Source: Candidatus Methylomirabilota bacterium (GTDB lineage Bacteria > Methylomirabilota > Methylomirabilia > Rokubacteriales > CSP1-6). From it: a stretch of DNA of 64,000 nucleotides. The notes under the pieces were generated by a model. That model searched no databases. It was not told the origin of the DNA and saw only the letters and a program-made list of their open reading frames with translations. Location of the stretch: positions 3,436 through 67,435 of the forward strand of contig DATFYA010000187.1 of the NCBI GenBank assembly GCA_035315345.1, read 5' to 3'. A program made the position numbers and the translations under genes. Below are positions 27,530 to 37,552 of this stretch, piece after piece. Numbering within the stretch: the first letter of the stretch is position 1; every line of letters begins with the position of its first letter.

Positions 27530-29161
27530 TCAGGTCTTCGGCGTCCAGGCTTTGAAGCGCTCTCGCAGCACCTTCTTGTCGAACTTGCCCACGCTCGTCT
27601 TGGGCACCGCCTCGATGAAGACCACCTCGTCGGGCAGCCACCACTTGGCCACCCGCGGCTTGAGGTATTCGTAGATCTCGTCGGTGGTGAGCCGGCCTCG
27701 ATGCTCGGGCTTGGGCACGACGCAGGCCAGCGGCCGCTCCACCCAGCGCTCGTGCGGCACCGCGATGACCGCGGCCTCCAGGACTTTGGGGTGGCCCATG
27801 ATGGTGGTCTCCATGTCCACGCTCGAGATCCACTCGCCGCCCGACTTGATCAGGTCCTTGGTGCGGTCGGTGATCTGGATGTAGCCGTCGGGATCGAGGG
27901 TGGCCACGTCCCCGGTGCGGAACCAGCCGTCCTCGGTGAACTGGGCCGCACCCTCGGGGTTGTTGTAGTAGCCGCTCGTGATCCACGGCCCGCGCACCTG
28001 GATCTCGCCCGCGCTCTTGCCGTCCCACGGCAGGACGGTGCCGCGGTCGTCGACGATTCGCATGTCCACGCCCGCGACGGGAGCCCCCTGCTTGGCCCGC
28101 ACCGCGTAGCGCTCGTCCTCGGTGAGCGCGTCCATGTAGGAGCGCGGACGGCACACGCTGCCGAGCGGGGTCATCTCGGTCATGCCCCAGGCGTGCAGCA
28201 TGTAGGCGCCGTACTTCTTGTCGAACAGCTCGATGAGCGAGCGGGGCGCCGCCGACCCGCCGATCGGGATGCAGCGGATCGAGGAGATGTCCCACTGCGG
28301 CTCTTTGTCGAGAATCGCCTGGATGGCGATCCAGACCGTGGGCACCGCCCCCACCACCGTGACCTTCTCGTGGTGGACGATCTCGATGATGTCGCGCGGC
28401 TGCGGATTCGGCCCGCCGAAGATCTGGGTCGCCCCGTTCATGACGCCCGCGAAGGGCACGCACCACGCGTTGGCGTGGAACATCGGCACGATGTGCAGGA
28501 TCACGTCGCGCTCGCAGATGCCGAGCACGTCCACCGAGGACGAGGCGAAGCAGTGCAGGTAGATCGCGCGGTGCGTGTAGACGACCCCCTTCGGATGCCC
28601 GGTGGTGCCGGAGGTATAGCAGATGCCGGCCGCGTCGGTCTCCTCGATGCGCGGCCACGCGGTCACCGGCGGAGTGCCCGTCACGAGCTGCTCGTAGTCC
28701 AGGGCGCCCGCGGGGATCACCGCGTCCGGGGTGTCCTTCATCACGATGATGTGCTTGACGGTCGTGAGGTCGCGCCGGATGGGCTCGAGAAGGTGCCAGA
28801 GGCTGGCGTCGACGATCAGCACCTCGTCGCCCGCGTGGTTGACGATGTAGGTGATGTCCTGGGCGGAGAGGCGGATGTTGACGGTGTGGAGCACCAGGCC
28901 CATGAGCGGGGCCGCGAAGTAGACCTCCATGTGCCGGTGCGAGTTCCACGCGAACGTCCCGACCCGCGCCCCTTTCTGGAGGCCCAATCCCCGCAGCGCG
29001 CCGGCGAGGCGGCAGACACGGTCGGCGTAGTCGCCGTACGTGTAGCGCTGCAGGCCCACCCCCGGCACGCGCGTGGCCATGGTCTTCCGGTGGAAGAGCC
29101 GGCGCGTGCGTTCGAAGAACTGCGTGAGGGTGAGGGGGTAGTCCATCATCAGGCCTCTCAT
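27530..29161 (-). CDS. long/medium-chain fatty acid--CoA ligase (AMP-forming)
   Basis: ATG 29161 within track ORF 27530..29251, with GGGAGGA RBS 10 nt upstream. [13 protein letters not shown]-terminus, [28 protein letters not shown] motifs. Confidence 0.88.
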   Translation of the reverse strand: MRGLMMDYPLTLTQFFERTRRLFHRKTMATRVPGVGLQRYTYGDYADRVCRLAGALRGLGLQKGARVGTFAWNSHRHMEVYFAAPLMGLVLHTVNIRLSAQDITYIVNHAGDEVLIVDASLWHLLEPIRRDLTTVKHIIVMKDTPDAVIPAGALDYEQLVTGTPPVTAWPRIEETDAAGICYTSGTTGHPKGVVYTHRAIYLHCFASSSVDVLGICERDVILHIVPMFHANAWCVPFAGVMNGATQIFGGPNPQPRDIIEIVHHEKVTVVGAVPTVWIAIQAILDKEPQWDISSIRCIPIGGSAAPRSLIELFDKKYGAYMLHAWGMTEMTPLGSVCRPRSYMDALTEDERYAVRAKQGAPVAGVDMRIVDDRGTVLPWDGKSAGEIQVRGPWITSGYYNNPEGAAQFTEDGWFRTGDVATLDPDGYIQITDRTKDLIKSGGEWISSVDMETTIMGHPKVLEAAVIAVPHERWVERPLACVVPKPEHRGRLTTDEIYEYLKPRVAKWWLPDEVVFIEAVPKTSVGKFDKKVLRERFKAWTPKT

Positions 29162-29165
29162 GACG

Positions 29166-30038
29166 TCATCGTCCTCCCAGGTCCTCCGAGGTGGCGCAGC
29201 GAAAGCCCGTGTGGTGATGACCTCGGGCCAGGCCGCGGTGGTCCCCATCATACGAGTAGAAACGGCGGATCGTCACGCGCAGCGCCTCGGCCGGATCGTC
29301 GTGGCTGGCCCCCCGGACCACCCGCGTCGCGCGGAGGGACGACGCCTCTCGGCCGTCGTCGGGCCGGTACGGGTACGGCCGGTACTCGGAGGCCGTCCAT
29401 TCGCGGAGGTTGCCGAGCAGGTCCTGGACGCCGCTCGGCCCCTCGCCGCCCGGCCGGCGGTCGCCGCGGTCGGTGGCGTGGTAGTCCCGGCCGTACACCG
29501 CGAGATCGGGGGCGGGCGGCGCGTCGCCCCAGGGGTAGCGCCGCCGGTCCTCGCCGCGCGCGGCCTTCTCCCACTCGGCCTCGGTGGGCAGGCGCCGGCC
29601 CCGCCAGAGGCAATAGTCGCGCGCGCCGTACCAGGTCACCTCCACCGCCGGGTGATCCTCGAAGCCGGGGTCGGCGACGAAGCGCCCGTCGCGCCGGTGG
29701 ATGCGGGCGTCGGGGTCGTCGTGGTCGAAGTAGTCCAGGCCCTCCGAGCTGCGGAGACCGCGGGCATTCAGGAACCTCGCGAGCTCGCGGTTGGTGACCT
29801 TGTGCCGCTCGAGCCAGAAGTCGCGGACGTACACGCGATGCTGCGGCCTCTCGTCCGGCGCGTCGGTGTCGCTGCCCATCCAGAACGCGCCGGCCTGGAT
29901 GAGCATGATCCCGTCGGCGCGCGCGGCGCGGTCGGTCGATCCCACGAGGAGGAGACCGAGCGCCATCGCCAGCGCGAGAGTCCGGCGCGTCCACGCGGTC
30001 ACGCGCCTACGATAGCGTCCCGCAACCTTTACCGCCAT
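29166..30038 (-). CDS. formylglycine-generating enzyme (SUMF1/FGE-sulfatase) domain protein, exported
   Basis: ATG 30038 within track ORF 29166..30722. N-terminal RRR...TRRTLALAMALGLLLVG (possibly Tat-type) signal. FWMGSD, HRVYVRDFWLERHKVTN, RLPTEAEWEKAARG, GNLREW motifs. Confidence 0.8.
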   Translation of the reverse strand: MAVKVAGRYRRRVTAWTRRTLALAMALGLLLVGSTDRAARADGIMLIQAGAFWMGSDTDAPDERPQHRVYVRDFWLERHKVTNRELARFLNARGLRSSEGLDYFDHDDPDARIHRRDGRFVADPGFEDHPAVEVTWYGARDYCLWRGRRLPTEAEWEKAARGEDRRRYPWGDAPPAPDLAVYGRDYHATDRGDRRPGGEGPSGVQDLLGNLREWTASEYRPYPYRPDDGREASSLRATRVVRGASHDDPAEALRVTIRRFYSYDGDHRGLARGHHHTGFRCATSEDLGGR

Positions 30039-30065
30039 GGCGGATTCGGGTATGGTGAGGGCGCC

Positions 30066-32126
30066 ATGAACTCCCGATGGAGCGACGCCGACGCGCAGGA
30101 CAAGAACGATCTCGATCTCCTCGTCTACGCCTCGCGCCTGATCGGCGCCGAGACCACGCTGGTGGTCTGGGGCGGGGGCAACACGTCGGTGAAGCGCGAT
30201 GAGCACGATCACCGCGGCCGGCCGACACGCGTGCTGCGGGTGAAGGGCAGCGGCTCCGATCTCAAGAGCATCCAGAAGAAGGACTTCCCGGGCGTGCGGT
30301 TGGACGATGTGACCGCGCTGCTCGAGCGCGCGGACATGGGCGATCAGGAGATGGTGGACTATCTCGCCCACGCCCTGCAGGAGCCGTCGAGCCCGCGCCC
30401 GTCGATCGAGACGCTGCTCCACGGGTTCCTGCCCGCCACCGCGGTCATCCATACCCACGCGGACGCGGTGGTCTCGCTCACCAACAACGACCGCAGCCGC
30501 GACGTGCTTCGCGAGGTGTACGGCGACGAGGTCATCGCGCTGCCGTACCGGCGCCCCGGCTTCCTGATCTCGCGCGAGGTCGCCGAGGTGTTCGCCGCCC
30601 ATCCGCGCGCGCGGGCCATCCTGCTGGAGAAGCACGGCACGATCTGCTGGGGCGCCTCGGTGAAGGAAGCGTACCTGGCCACCATCGAGCTGATCAGCCG
30701 CGCCGAGGAGGCGATCGCCCATCGCGCCCGCGGCCGCACGCGCTTCGGCGGAGCCTCATTGACCGGTCCGCCCGTCGAGACACGACGGCGCGTGGCGTTG
30801 ACCGTCGCGCCGCACCTGCGCGGCCTCGTCGGGCGGAGCCGGCGTCAGGTGCTGTTCTTCGACGACTCGCCCGAGGTGCTGGAGTTCGCGGCCTCGCGCG
30901 AGGCCGACGCGCTCTGCCGCATCGGGCCGGCCACGCCGGATCATACGATCTTCACCAAGCGGCTGCCGTGCTTCGCGCCGGTGGACGATCCCGCCGATCC
31001 GGACTCGGTGCGGACGGGCGTGACCGCGGCGGTCGAGCGCTTCGTGGCCGACTACACCCGGTACTTCGAGTCGCACAACGACCAGGGCGCGACCCTGGCG
31101 GATCCGTTTCCGCGCGTGATCGTGGTGGGCGGTCTCGGGCTCTTCGCGGCCGGCAAGGACCGCCGCACCGCGGGGATCGTGGACGACATCTACCACCACA
31201 CCATCTCGGTCCTGGGGGCGGCCACCTCGTTCGGCCACTACGTGTCGCTCTCCGCGCGCGAGGCCTTCGACGTCGAGTACTGGCCGCTCGAGCTGTACAA
31301 GCTCTCGCTGGCACCGCCCGAGAAGGAGCTGGCGCGGCGCATCGCCCTGGTCACCGGCGGAGCCAGCGGCATCGGCCGCGCGGTGGCCCAGCGGCTGGCC
31401 GCCGAGGGCGGGCACGTGGTGGTGGCCGATCTCGACGCGGCGGGCGCGCGCAAGGTGGCCGAGGAGATCGTGAGCGCCAACGGTGCCGGCCGCGCCCTCG
31501 GTCTCGGCATGGACGTGACGGGCGAGGCGTCGGTGCGCGCCGCCTTCGAGGAGGCGGTGCTGGCCTACGGTGGCGTGGATATCGTGGTCTCCAACGCGGG
31601 GACCGCGCATTCCGCGCCGGTCGACCGCATGGAGCTGGCCGACTGGGAGCGTTCGTTCGCGGTGAACGCCACCGGCCACTTCCTGGTCGCGCGGGAGGGC
31701 ATGCGCATTCTGAAAACGCAGGGCCTCGGGGGCGCGTTCGTGTTCGTGGCCACCAAGAACGTGATGTCGCCGGGCAAGGATTTCTCCGCGTACTCGGCGT
31801 CGAAGGCGGCCGAGGCGCAGCTGGCCAAGGTGCTCTCCCTGGAGGGCGGGCCACACGGCATCCGCTCGAACATCGTCAACCCCGACGCGGTCTTTCGCGA
31901 CTCCAAGCTGTGGTCGGACGACGTGCGGCGGGAGCGGGCGCGCGCGCAGGGCATCACCGTCGACGAGCTCGAGGACTTCTATCGCAAGCGCAATATCCTC
32001 GCCCGGCCGATCCTGCCCGAGGACGTCGCGGAGGCGGTGCTGTTCCTGGCCTCCGATCGCTCGGCCAAGACCACCGGCTGCACGATCACGGTGGACGGCG
32101 GCGTGAAGGACGCCTTCCCGCGATAG
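30066..32126 (+). CDS. bifunctional class II aldolase / short-chain dehydrogenase (rhamnulose-1-phosphate aldolase/alcohol dehydrogenase-like)
   Basis: ATG 30066 within track ORF 29160..32126. N-terminal aldolase part (WGGGNTSVK, HTHADAVV) followed by SDR motifs VTGGASGIGRAVA and YSASKAA. Confidence 0.85.
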   Translation: MNSRWSDADAQDKNDLDLLVYASRLIGAETTLVVWGGGNTSVKRDEHDHRGRPTRVLRVKGSGSDLKSIQKKDFPGVRLDDVTALLERADMGDQEMVDYLAHALQEPSSPRPSIETLLHGFLPATAVIHTHADAVVSLTNNDRSRDVLREVYGDEVIALPYRRPGFLISREVAEVFAAHPRARAILLEKHGTICWGASVKEAYLATIELISRAEEAIAHRARGRTRFGGASLTGPPVETRRRVALTVAPHLRGLVGRSRRQVLFFDDSPEVLEFAASREADALCRIGPATPDHTIFTKRLPCFAPVDDPADPDSVRTGVTAAVERFVADYTRYFESHNDQGATLADPFPRVIVVGGLGLFAAGKDRRTAGIVDDIYHHTISVLGAATSFGHYVSLSAREAFDVEYWPLELYKLSLAPPEKELARRIALVTGGASGIGRAVAQRLAAEGGHVVVADLDAAGARKVAEEIVSANGAGRALGLGMDVTGEASVRAAFEEAVLAYGGVDIVVSNAGTAHSAPVDRMELADWERSFAVNATGHFLVAREGMRILKTQGLGGAFVFVATKNVMSPGKDFSAYSASKAAEAQLAKVLSLEGGPHGIRSNIVNPDAVFRDSKLWSDDVRRERARAQGITVDELEDFYRKRNILARPILPEDVAEAVLFLASDRSAKTTGCTITVDGGVKDAFPR

Positions 32127-32128
32127 CC

Positions 32129-33067
32129 ATGGGCTCGGCCGGTCCGCTCGGGTTCGGCGCGTTCCTGTCGATGCACCCGCCCGAGGAGCAGTTCGCCCTG
32201 GCCCAGCGCTGCGAGGCCCTCGGCCTGGACTCGCTCTGGACGGGCGATCACGTGTCCTTCCACAACCCGCTCTACGAATCGCTCACGCTGCTCGCCGCCT
32301 ACGCCGGCATCACCACGCGCATCCGGCTGGGGAGCGGCGTCTACCTGCTCGCGCTTCGCCAGCCGACCGTAGTGGCCAAGATCACCTCCACGCTCGACAC
32401 GCTGTGCGGTGGTCGGCTGATCTTCGGGGTCGGGGTCGGCGGCGAGAACCCGAAGGAGTTCGAGGCGTGCGGTGTCCCGCACAACGAGCGGGGGGCGCGG
32501 GTCAGCGAGGGCATCGACGTGGTGCGGACGCTGTGGCGCGACACTCCCGCCTCGTTCCGCGGACGCTTCACCCGGTTCGAGAACGTCAGCATCGACCCGA
32601 AGCCTCTGCAGAAGCCGGGCCCGCCCATCTGGATCGGCGGGCGGTCCGACGCGGCCCTGGCCCGCGCGGGGCGCCAGGGGGACGGCTGGATCTCGTACGT
32701 GGTCCAGCCGGAGCGCTACGCCCAGAGCCTGGGGAAGATCCGTCGGGCCGCCGAGGCGGCGGGCCGTGGGCTCGATGGCTTCGTCACCGCCCATCTCACC
32801 TTCGTGACCGTCGGGCGCGACTACGAGACGGCGGAGCGCAGCTGGGTACGCACGCTCTCGAGCCGCTACGCGCAGGACTTCGGGCCGCTGGCCCGCAAGT
32901 ACGGAGTGATCGGCACGCCCGATCAGTGTGCCGAGCAGATCGGCCGCTTCGCGCAGGCCGGTTGCCACTACTTCGTGATGAACCCCATCGGGGATCCCGC
33001 CGACGAGCGCGCCCAGCTGGAGATGATCGCGGGCGAGGTCATCCCGCGCGTCCAGAAGGGCGCATGA
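32129..33067 (+). CDS. luciferase-like (LLM class) flavin/F420-dependent oxidoreductase
   Basis: ATG 32129 within track ORF 30968..33067. LDSLWTGDHVSFHNP...RLGSGVYLLALRQP...RLIFGVGVGG pattern. Confidence 0.85.
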   Translation: MGSAGPLGFGAFLSMHPPEEQFALAQRCEALGLDSLWTGDHVSFHNPLYESLTLLAAYAGITTRIRLGSGVYLLALRQPTVVAKITSTLDTLCGGRLIFGVGVGGENPKEFEACGVPHNERGARVSEGIDVVRTLWRDTPASFRGRFTRFENVSIDPKPLQKPGPPIWIGGRSDAALARAGRQGDGWISYVVQPERYAQSLGKIRRAAEAAGRGLDGFVTAHLTFVTVGRDYETAERSWVRTLSSRYAQDFGPLARKYGVIGTPDQCAEQIGRFAQAGCHYFVMNPIGDPADERAQLEMIAGEVIPRVQKGA

Positions 33068-33110
33068 GCGGAGCGCAGCACCCGGCTCTCCGTGCCGGGC
33101 GGAGGCCCGG

Positions 33111-33812
33111 ATGAAGCCGCGCGAATGCCGGTCCGAGGTCACCGCGGTGCGCGCGCTCACGCCCGAGATCATCGAGGTGGACCTCGAGATCATCGAGCCC
33201 GCCGACTTCACGTTCGAGGCCGGGCAGTGGATCTCGGTGCCCTTCGGGCCCAAGATCGTTCGCGCCTGGAGCATGGTGTCGTCGCCCACCCGCAAGGGCG
33301 CCCTGACGCTCGCGATCGACGTGGCCCCCGGCGGCATCGGCTCGCAGTGGGTGCGGGCGCTCGAGCCCGGCGCGGCGGTCTCGTTCAAGGGGCCGACCGG
33401 CGGCTTCGTGTTCAATCGCGCCGATCCCCGGCGCGTCGTGTTCGTGGCCGAGGAGATCGGCATCGTGCCGATCCGCTCCATGCTCACGCACCTGTACGAG
33501 ACCGGCCACGGCCGCCCCACCGCGCTCATCTACTGGGCCCGAAACCCGGGCTGGCTCGTCTACGACGCCGACTTCCGGTCGCTCGCGCGACGCTACCCGG
33601 CGTTCTCCTATCTGCCGGTGCTGCGCGAGCCGCCCGCCACCTGGCGGGGCGAGAAGGGCGAGCCGGCCGAGGCGGTCGAGCGGCTCGTGTTCGGCGTGGA
33701 TCACCTGGTCGTCTACGCCTGCGGCGGCGGCGAGACCATCAACCGCGTGCGCGACGTGCTCGTGAAGAAGGGGATGGACCGGAAGAGCGTGAAGTGGGAG
33801 AAGTTCTGGTGA
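33111..33812 (+). CDS. ferredoxin-NADP reductase-like FAD/NAD(P)-binding oxidoreductase
   Basis: Track ORF. RAWSMVS (RxYS-type FAD motif), GPTGGF, and the VFVAEEIGIVPIRSML NAD-binding strand. Confidence 0.75.
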   Translation: MKPRECRSEVTAVRALTPEIIEVDLEIIEPADFTFEAGQWISVPFGPKIVRAWSMVSSPTRKGALTLAIDVAPGGIGSQWVRALEPGAAVSFKGPTGGFVFNRADPRRVVFVAEEIGIVPIRSMLTHLYETGHGRPTALIYWARNPGWLVYDADFRSLARRYPAFSYLPVLREPPATWRGEKGEPAEAVERLVFGVDHLVVYACGGGETINRVRDVLVKKGMDRKSVKWEKFW

Positions 33813-34228
33813 AGGCGCAGGTCTACCACCTGCTGATCAACGTGCGCGATCCGAAGGTCTCGCTGCCGTTCTACCGCGATCTGCTCGGGTACCTCGAATA
33901 CCGCCCGGTCTACCAGACCGACACGGTGGCCGGCTTCTCGGCCGGGAGCGGCGCCGACATCTGGGTGATGGGAGCCGATCCCGCGCACGTCGGCCACGGG
34001 TTCCACCGGAAGCGCGCCGGACTCAACCATCTGGCCCTCCGCGTCCCGCAGCGAGAGGACGTGGACCGGTTCCGCGACGAGTTCATGGCGCCGCACCGGC
34101 TGCCCTCGCTCTATCAGACCCCGCGCGAGTTTCCGGAGTATCGCCCCGGCTACTACGCGGTGTTCTTCGAGGATCCGGATCGGCTGAAGCTGGAGGTCGT
34201 GCACATCCCGGCCGCCGCGCATGGCTGA
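33809..34228 (+). CDS. VOC (glyoxalase/bleomycin resistance/dioxygenase) family protein
   Basis: GTG 33809 (GTGA overlap) within track ORF 33092..34228. YHLLINVRD...LNHLALRV...AVFFEDPDRLKLEVV beta-alpha-beta pattern. Confidence 0.7.
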   Translation: MKAQVYHLLINVRDPKVSLPFYRDLLGYLEYRPVYQTDTVAGFSAGSGADIWVMGADPAHVGHGFHRKRAGLNHLALRVPQREDVDRFRDEFMAPHRLPSLYQTPREFPEYRPGYYAVFFEDPDRLKLEVVHIPAAAHG

Positions 34229-35873
34229 GCTCAACGGCGGGCACCTGGTCGCGCGTACCCTGCGCCAGGCCGGCGTCGGTCACGTCTTCACGCTCTGCGG
34301 CGGCCACATCCTGCCGATCTACGACGGCTGCCTCACCGAGGGCGTGCAGATCGTGGACATGCGGCACGAGCAGGCCTGCACCCACGCCGCGGACGCCTAC
34401 GCCCGGCTCACTCGCAATATCGGGGTGGCGCTGGTGACCGCGGGCCCCGGCGTCACCGACGCGGTCACCGGCATCGCCAACGCGCAGTCGGCGCGGAGCC
34501 CGGTCCTGCTCATCGGTGGCGCCGCGCCACTCGGGCTGCGCGGGCTGGGCTCGTTGCAGGAAGTCGAGCAGGTGGACCTGCTGCGGCCGATCACCAAGGG
34601 GTCGTGGACGGTATCCGAGACGCGCCAGATCCCGGAGGTGCTCACCACCGCCATCCGCCACGCGCTCACCGGTCGACCGGGCCCCGTGTTCGTCGAGATC
34701 CCCGTCGACCTCCTCATGACCGTGGTCGAGGACCGCCTCGCTCCGATCCCGACCGCCTACGCCCATCGTCGGCCGAGCGCGCCCGACCCCGAGTCGGTGC
34801 AGCAGCTGGCGAGCCTGCTCGGCCGCGCGGAGCGGCCGGTGGTGATGGCCGGCGGCGGCGTCTACTGGGACGACGCGGCCAAGGAGCTGCAGGCGCTGGC
34901 CGAGGAGGCCGGGGTGCCCGTGTTCATGAACGGCGCGGGCCGGGGCTGCCTGCCGCACGATCACCCGCTCGCCTTCGCGCAGGCGCGCGGCTTCGCGCTG
35001 GGCCAGGCCGACGTCGTGCTGGTACTCGGCACTCCGCTCGACTTCCGGCTCGGCTACGGGCGGCCCCCGTCCTTCGCGGAGACGGCGCAGGTGGCGATGG
35101 TGGATTGCGATCCCGCGGAGCTGGGCCGCAACCGGCCGCTCGCCGTGGGGCTCACGAGCCACATCGGGCTCACGGTGCGCGCGCTCGCCGACGCCCTGCC
35201 GCGCGACCTCGCCACCCGGCTCGAGCCGTGGCGGCAGGCGGTGCGGACGAAGGAGGCCGACGCGCAGGCGCGGCTGATGGTCGAGCGGCAGTCCGACGAC
35301 GTGCCGATCAGCCACTACCGCCTGGCTCACGAGATCGCGGCGATGGTGGACGCGCGCACCGCCGTCGTCGGGGACGGCGGTGACGTGGTCGGCTGCGCCG
35401 CCAAGATCGTGTCGCTCTCTCGACCCGGCCAATGGCTCGATCCCGGCCCCTTCGGCTGCCTGGGGGTCGGCCCGTCCTTCGCGATCGCGGCGAAGCTGCT
35501 GCGTCCGGAGCAGCGCGTGCTGCTGATCGCGGGCGACGGCGCCTTCGGGCTCAACGGTATGGAGATCGAGACCGCGGTGCGGTTCGGCCTGCCGATGACA
35601 GTGGTGATCGGCAACGATGGCGGGTGGGGGCAGATCCGCAACCCGCAGCTGTCGTTCTTCGGCGCCGAGCGCGCGGTGGCGACCTCGCTGCCCTTCACGC
35701 GCTACGATCGGATGGTCGAGGCGCTCGGCGGCAAGGGCATTCACGTGACCGAGCCGCGCCAGCTGAGGCCCGCGCTCGAGCGCGCCCTCGATTCGGACGA
35801 GGTGTACGTCATCGACGTGGTGCTGGACCCCGCCGCCTACCGTCGCACCGGTCAGGTGTCCATGGCGATATGA
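34221..35873 (+). CDS. thiamine pyrophosphate-dependent enzyme (acetolactate synthase / oxalyl-CoA decarboxylase / 2-hydroxyacyl-CoA lyase family)
   Basis: Track ORF. GVGHVFTLCGGHI, HEQACTHAADAYAR and the TPP motif GDGAFGLNGMEIETAVRFGLPMTVVIGNDGGWG. Confidence 0.88.
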   Translation: MAELNGGHLVARTLRQAGVGHVFTLCGGHILPIYDGCLTEGVQIVDMRHEQACTHAADAYARLTRNIGVALVTAGPGVTDAVTGIANAQSARSPVLLIGGAAPLGLRGLGSLQEVEQVDLLRPITKGSWTVSETRQIPEVLTTAIRHALTGRPGPVFVEIPVDLLMTVVEDRLAPIPTAYAHRRPSAPDPESVQQLASLLGRAERPVVMAGGGVYWDDAAKELQALAEEAGVPVFMNGAGRGCLPHDHPLAFAQARGFALGQADVVLVLGTPLDFRLGYGRPPSFAETAQVAMVDCDPAELGRNRPLAVGLTSHIGLTVRALADALPRDLATRLEPWRQAVRTKEADAQARLMVERQSDDVPISHYRLAHEIAAMVDARTAVVGDGGDVVGCAAKIVSLSRPGQWLDPGPFGCLGVGPSFAIAAKLLRPEQRVLLIAGDGAFGLNGMEIETAVRFGLPMTVVIGNDGGWGQIRNPQLSFFGAERAVATSLPFTRYDRMVEALGGKGIHVTEPRQLRPALERALDSDEVYVIDVVLDPAAYRRTGQVSMAI

Positions 35874-35883
35874 CCCGGCCGAG

Positions 35884-36903
35884 ATGAAGGTCACGTTCCT
35901 GTGCCCGCACCTGCGCGTCGCGGGCGGCGTCCGGGCGATCCTCATCCACGCCGATCGTCTGGCGCAGCGGGGCCACGAGGTCACGCTGGTCGTGCCGGCG
36001 GGGGGTACGCTCACCGCGGGGTGGCGCAATCGCCGCCCGCGGGGGCCCGACTGGATGCCGGACCTGCGGGCCCGGGTGCGATGGGTGCCCGAGTGGAGTC
36101 CCGCGCGCATCCCCGACGGCGACGCGGTCGTGGCCACCGCGTGGCAGTCGGTCGACGCGGTGGCGGCCGCGTCCGATTCGGCGGGCCGCAAGTTCTACTT
36201 CATCCAGCACCTCGAGAGTCTCTATCACGGTGACGCAGAACGGGTGGATGCGACCTATCGGAGCCCGTTGCGGAAGCTCGTGATCTCAACCTGGCTGGCC
36301 GATGCGATGGCCGAGCGCTTCGACTCGCCGGCGGCGGTGATCGTGACCCCGGTGGACCCGACGCTCTTCCACCCGGTCCCGGTGGACGACGATCGCGCGC
36401 TGCGAGTGCTGATGCTGTTCCACGAGTATCCGTGGAAGGGAGTGGCGGAGGGCATCGAGGCCTTTGCGCGGGTGCGCACGCGCCACCCGCGCGCGATGCT
36501 CGTGGGCTTCGGCGTCAAGCGCCCGAAGTCGCCGCTGCCCTTCGCGGAGTTCCACGAGAACCTGCCGCAGGACCGCCTGGCCTGGCTCTACAGCCGATGC
36601 CCGATCTATCTCTGTCCGTCGTGGGACGAGGGGCTGGGCATGCCCTCCATGGAGGCGATGGCGTGCGGGGCGGCCCTCTGCACCTACGACAACGGCGGCT
36701 CCCGCGACTACGCCATCGACGGCCGGACCGCGCTGGTGGCGCCCCGGCGGGATCTGGACGCCCTGACCCGGGGGCTGAGCCGGCTGCTGGAGGATGCGGA
36801 GCTACGACGGCGAGTGGCGCGGGAGGGGCAGGACTTCGTGAGGACTCAGTTCGACTGGGAGCGCGCTACCGCGCGGCTGGAGTCGATCCTGGCCGCGCGG
36901 TAG
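35884..36903 (+). CDS. glycosyltransferase family 4 (GT-B fold)
   Basis: Track ORF. PSWDEGLGMPSMEAMACG E-x7-E region. Confidence 0.8.
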   Translation: MKVTFLCPHLRVAGGVRAILIHADRLAQRGHEVTLVVPAGGTLTAGWRNRRPRGPDWMPDLRARVRWVPEWSPARIPDGDAVVATAWQSVDAVAAASDSAGRKFYFIQHLESLYHGDAERVDATYRSPLRKLVISTWLADAMAERFDSPAAVIVTPVDPTLFHPVPVDDDRALRVLMLFHEYPWKGVAEGIEAFARVRTRHPRAMLVGFGVKRPKSPLPFAEFHENLPQDRLAWLYSRCPIYLCPSWDEGLGMPSMEAMACGAALCTYDNGGSRDYAIDGRTALVAPRRDLDALTRGLSRLLEDAELRRRVAREGQDFVRTQFDWERATARLESILAAR

Positions 36904-36917
36904 CGGGGAGAATCAGG

Positions 36918-37241
36918 CTAGGCGGAGACTCCGACCTGCTCGACGGCGACGTGGGCCATGCCGGCGCGCCGCGGACGCAGCGTGCGGTTGGTCCACCGCG
37001 CGACCACGTGGCCCAGCGTCTGCTCCTCGATCAGGCCTTCCGACTTCAGCTGCTTGAAGACCTGGGTCCAGCCGGAGCTCTGCTGCGCCAGGAAAAGAAT
37101 CTCGTCGAGGCTCTTCCGCGCCGGCACGGCGGGCGTGCTCTGCGCGTCGTACAGGGCGTGCGCGATCTGCGAATCCGAGGGCATCGCGCTCGGCTCGCGT
37201 CGATACCCGGAGCCGACCAGCAACCGGAGCGTCGTCGTCAT
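36918..37241 (-). CDS. hypothetical protein (107 aa), no family recognised
   Basis: ATG 37241 within track ORF 36918..37289, preceded by GGGGAGGAACGAGCC (SD with 7-nt spacing). G/C-rich third positions. The segment KSLDEILFLAQQSSGWTQVFKQLKSEGLIEEQ might be a winged-helix-like region (speculative). Confidence 0.55.
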   Translation of the reverse strand: MTTTLRLLVGSGYRREPSAMPSDSQIAHALYDAQSTPAVPARKSLDEILFLAQQSSGWTQVFKQLKSEGLIEEQTLGHVVARWTNRTLRPRRAGMAHVAVEQVGVSA

Positions 37242-37536
37242 GGCTCGTTCCTCCCCTGTGGCGATTCCGGCGGAACCCGTCTGGCTCATCGGCCGTGGCC
37301 GCGTTGGTGATGCGGGAGGCGATGGGCTCGGGCGAGCTGACCGGGGTACTCGTGCGGGGACTCCAGGGTATGACGCTCCCGGAGCCCTCCTCGGGCACCG
37401 TGAAGTCCCGCGATGCGGTGCCGGTGGTGACCTGCGCCCGACTTCATCTCGCCGGGCCGGCTTCCACCGGGCCTCGCGCCCTTCACGCTGCTGCCGTCCG
37501 CAAAGTCCGCCATGGCTAATGCCGGTCCTTGCTAGG

Positions 37537-37552
37537 GCAAACTCGGTGCCAG
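37537..37552 (-). promoter_or_regulatory. candidate sigma54 (-24/-12) promoter
   Basis: Minus strand reads CTGGCAC-CGAGT-TTGC, matching the TGGCAC-N5-TTGC core with exact spacing. It faces the small ORF at 37513 and the 107-aa gene. Confidence 0.4.

Noticed and set aside
37295-37519. 74-aa plus-strand ORF in the unannotated region, as a confident gene.
   Set aside because: It shares its G/C-rich third positions with a minus-strand frame, has no usable SD (GGGAGG lies only 2 nt from the internal ATG), and ends in a rare TAA. Kept only as one of several competing possibilities in the finding for 36918-37691.
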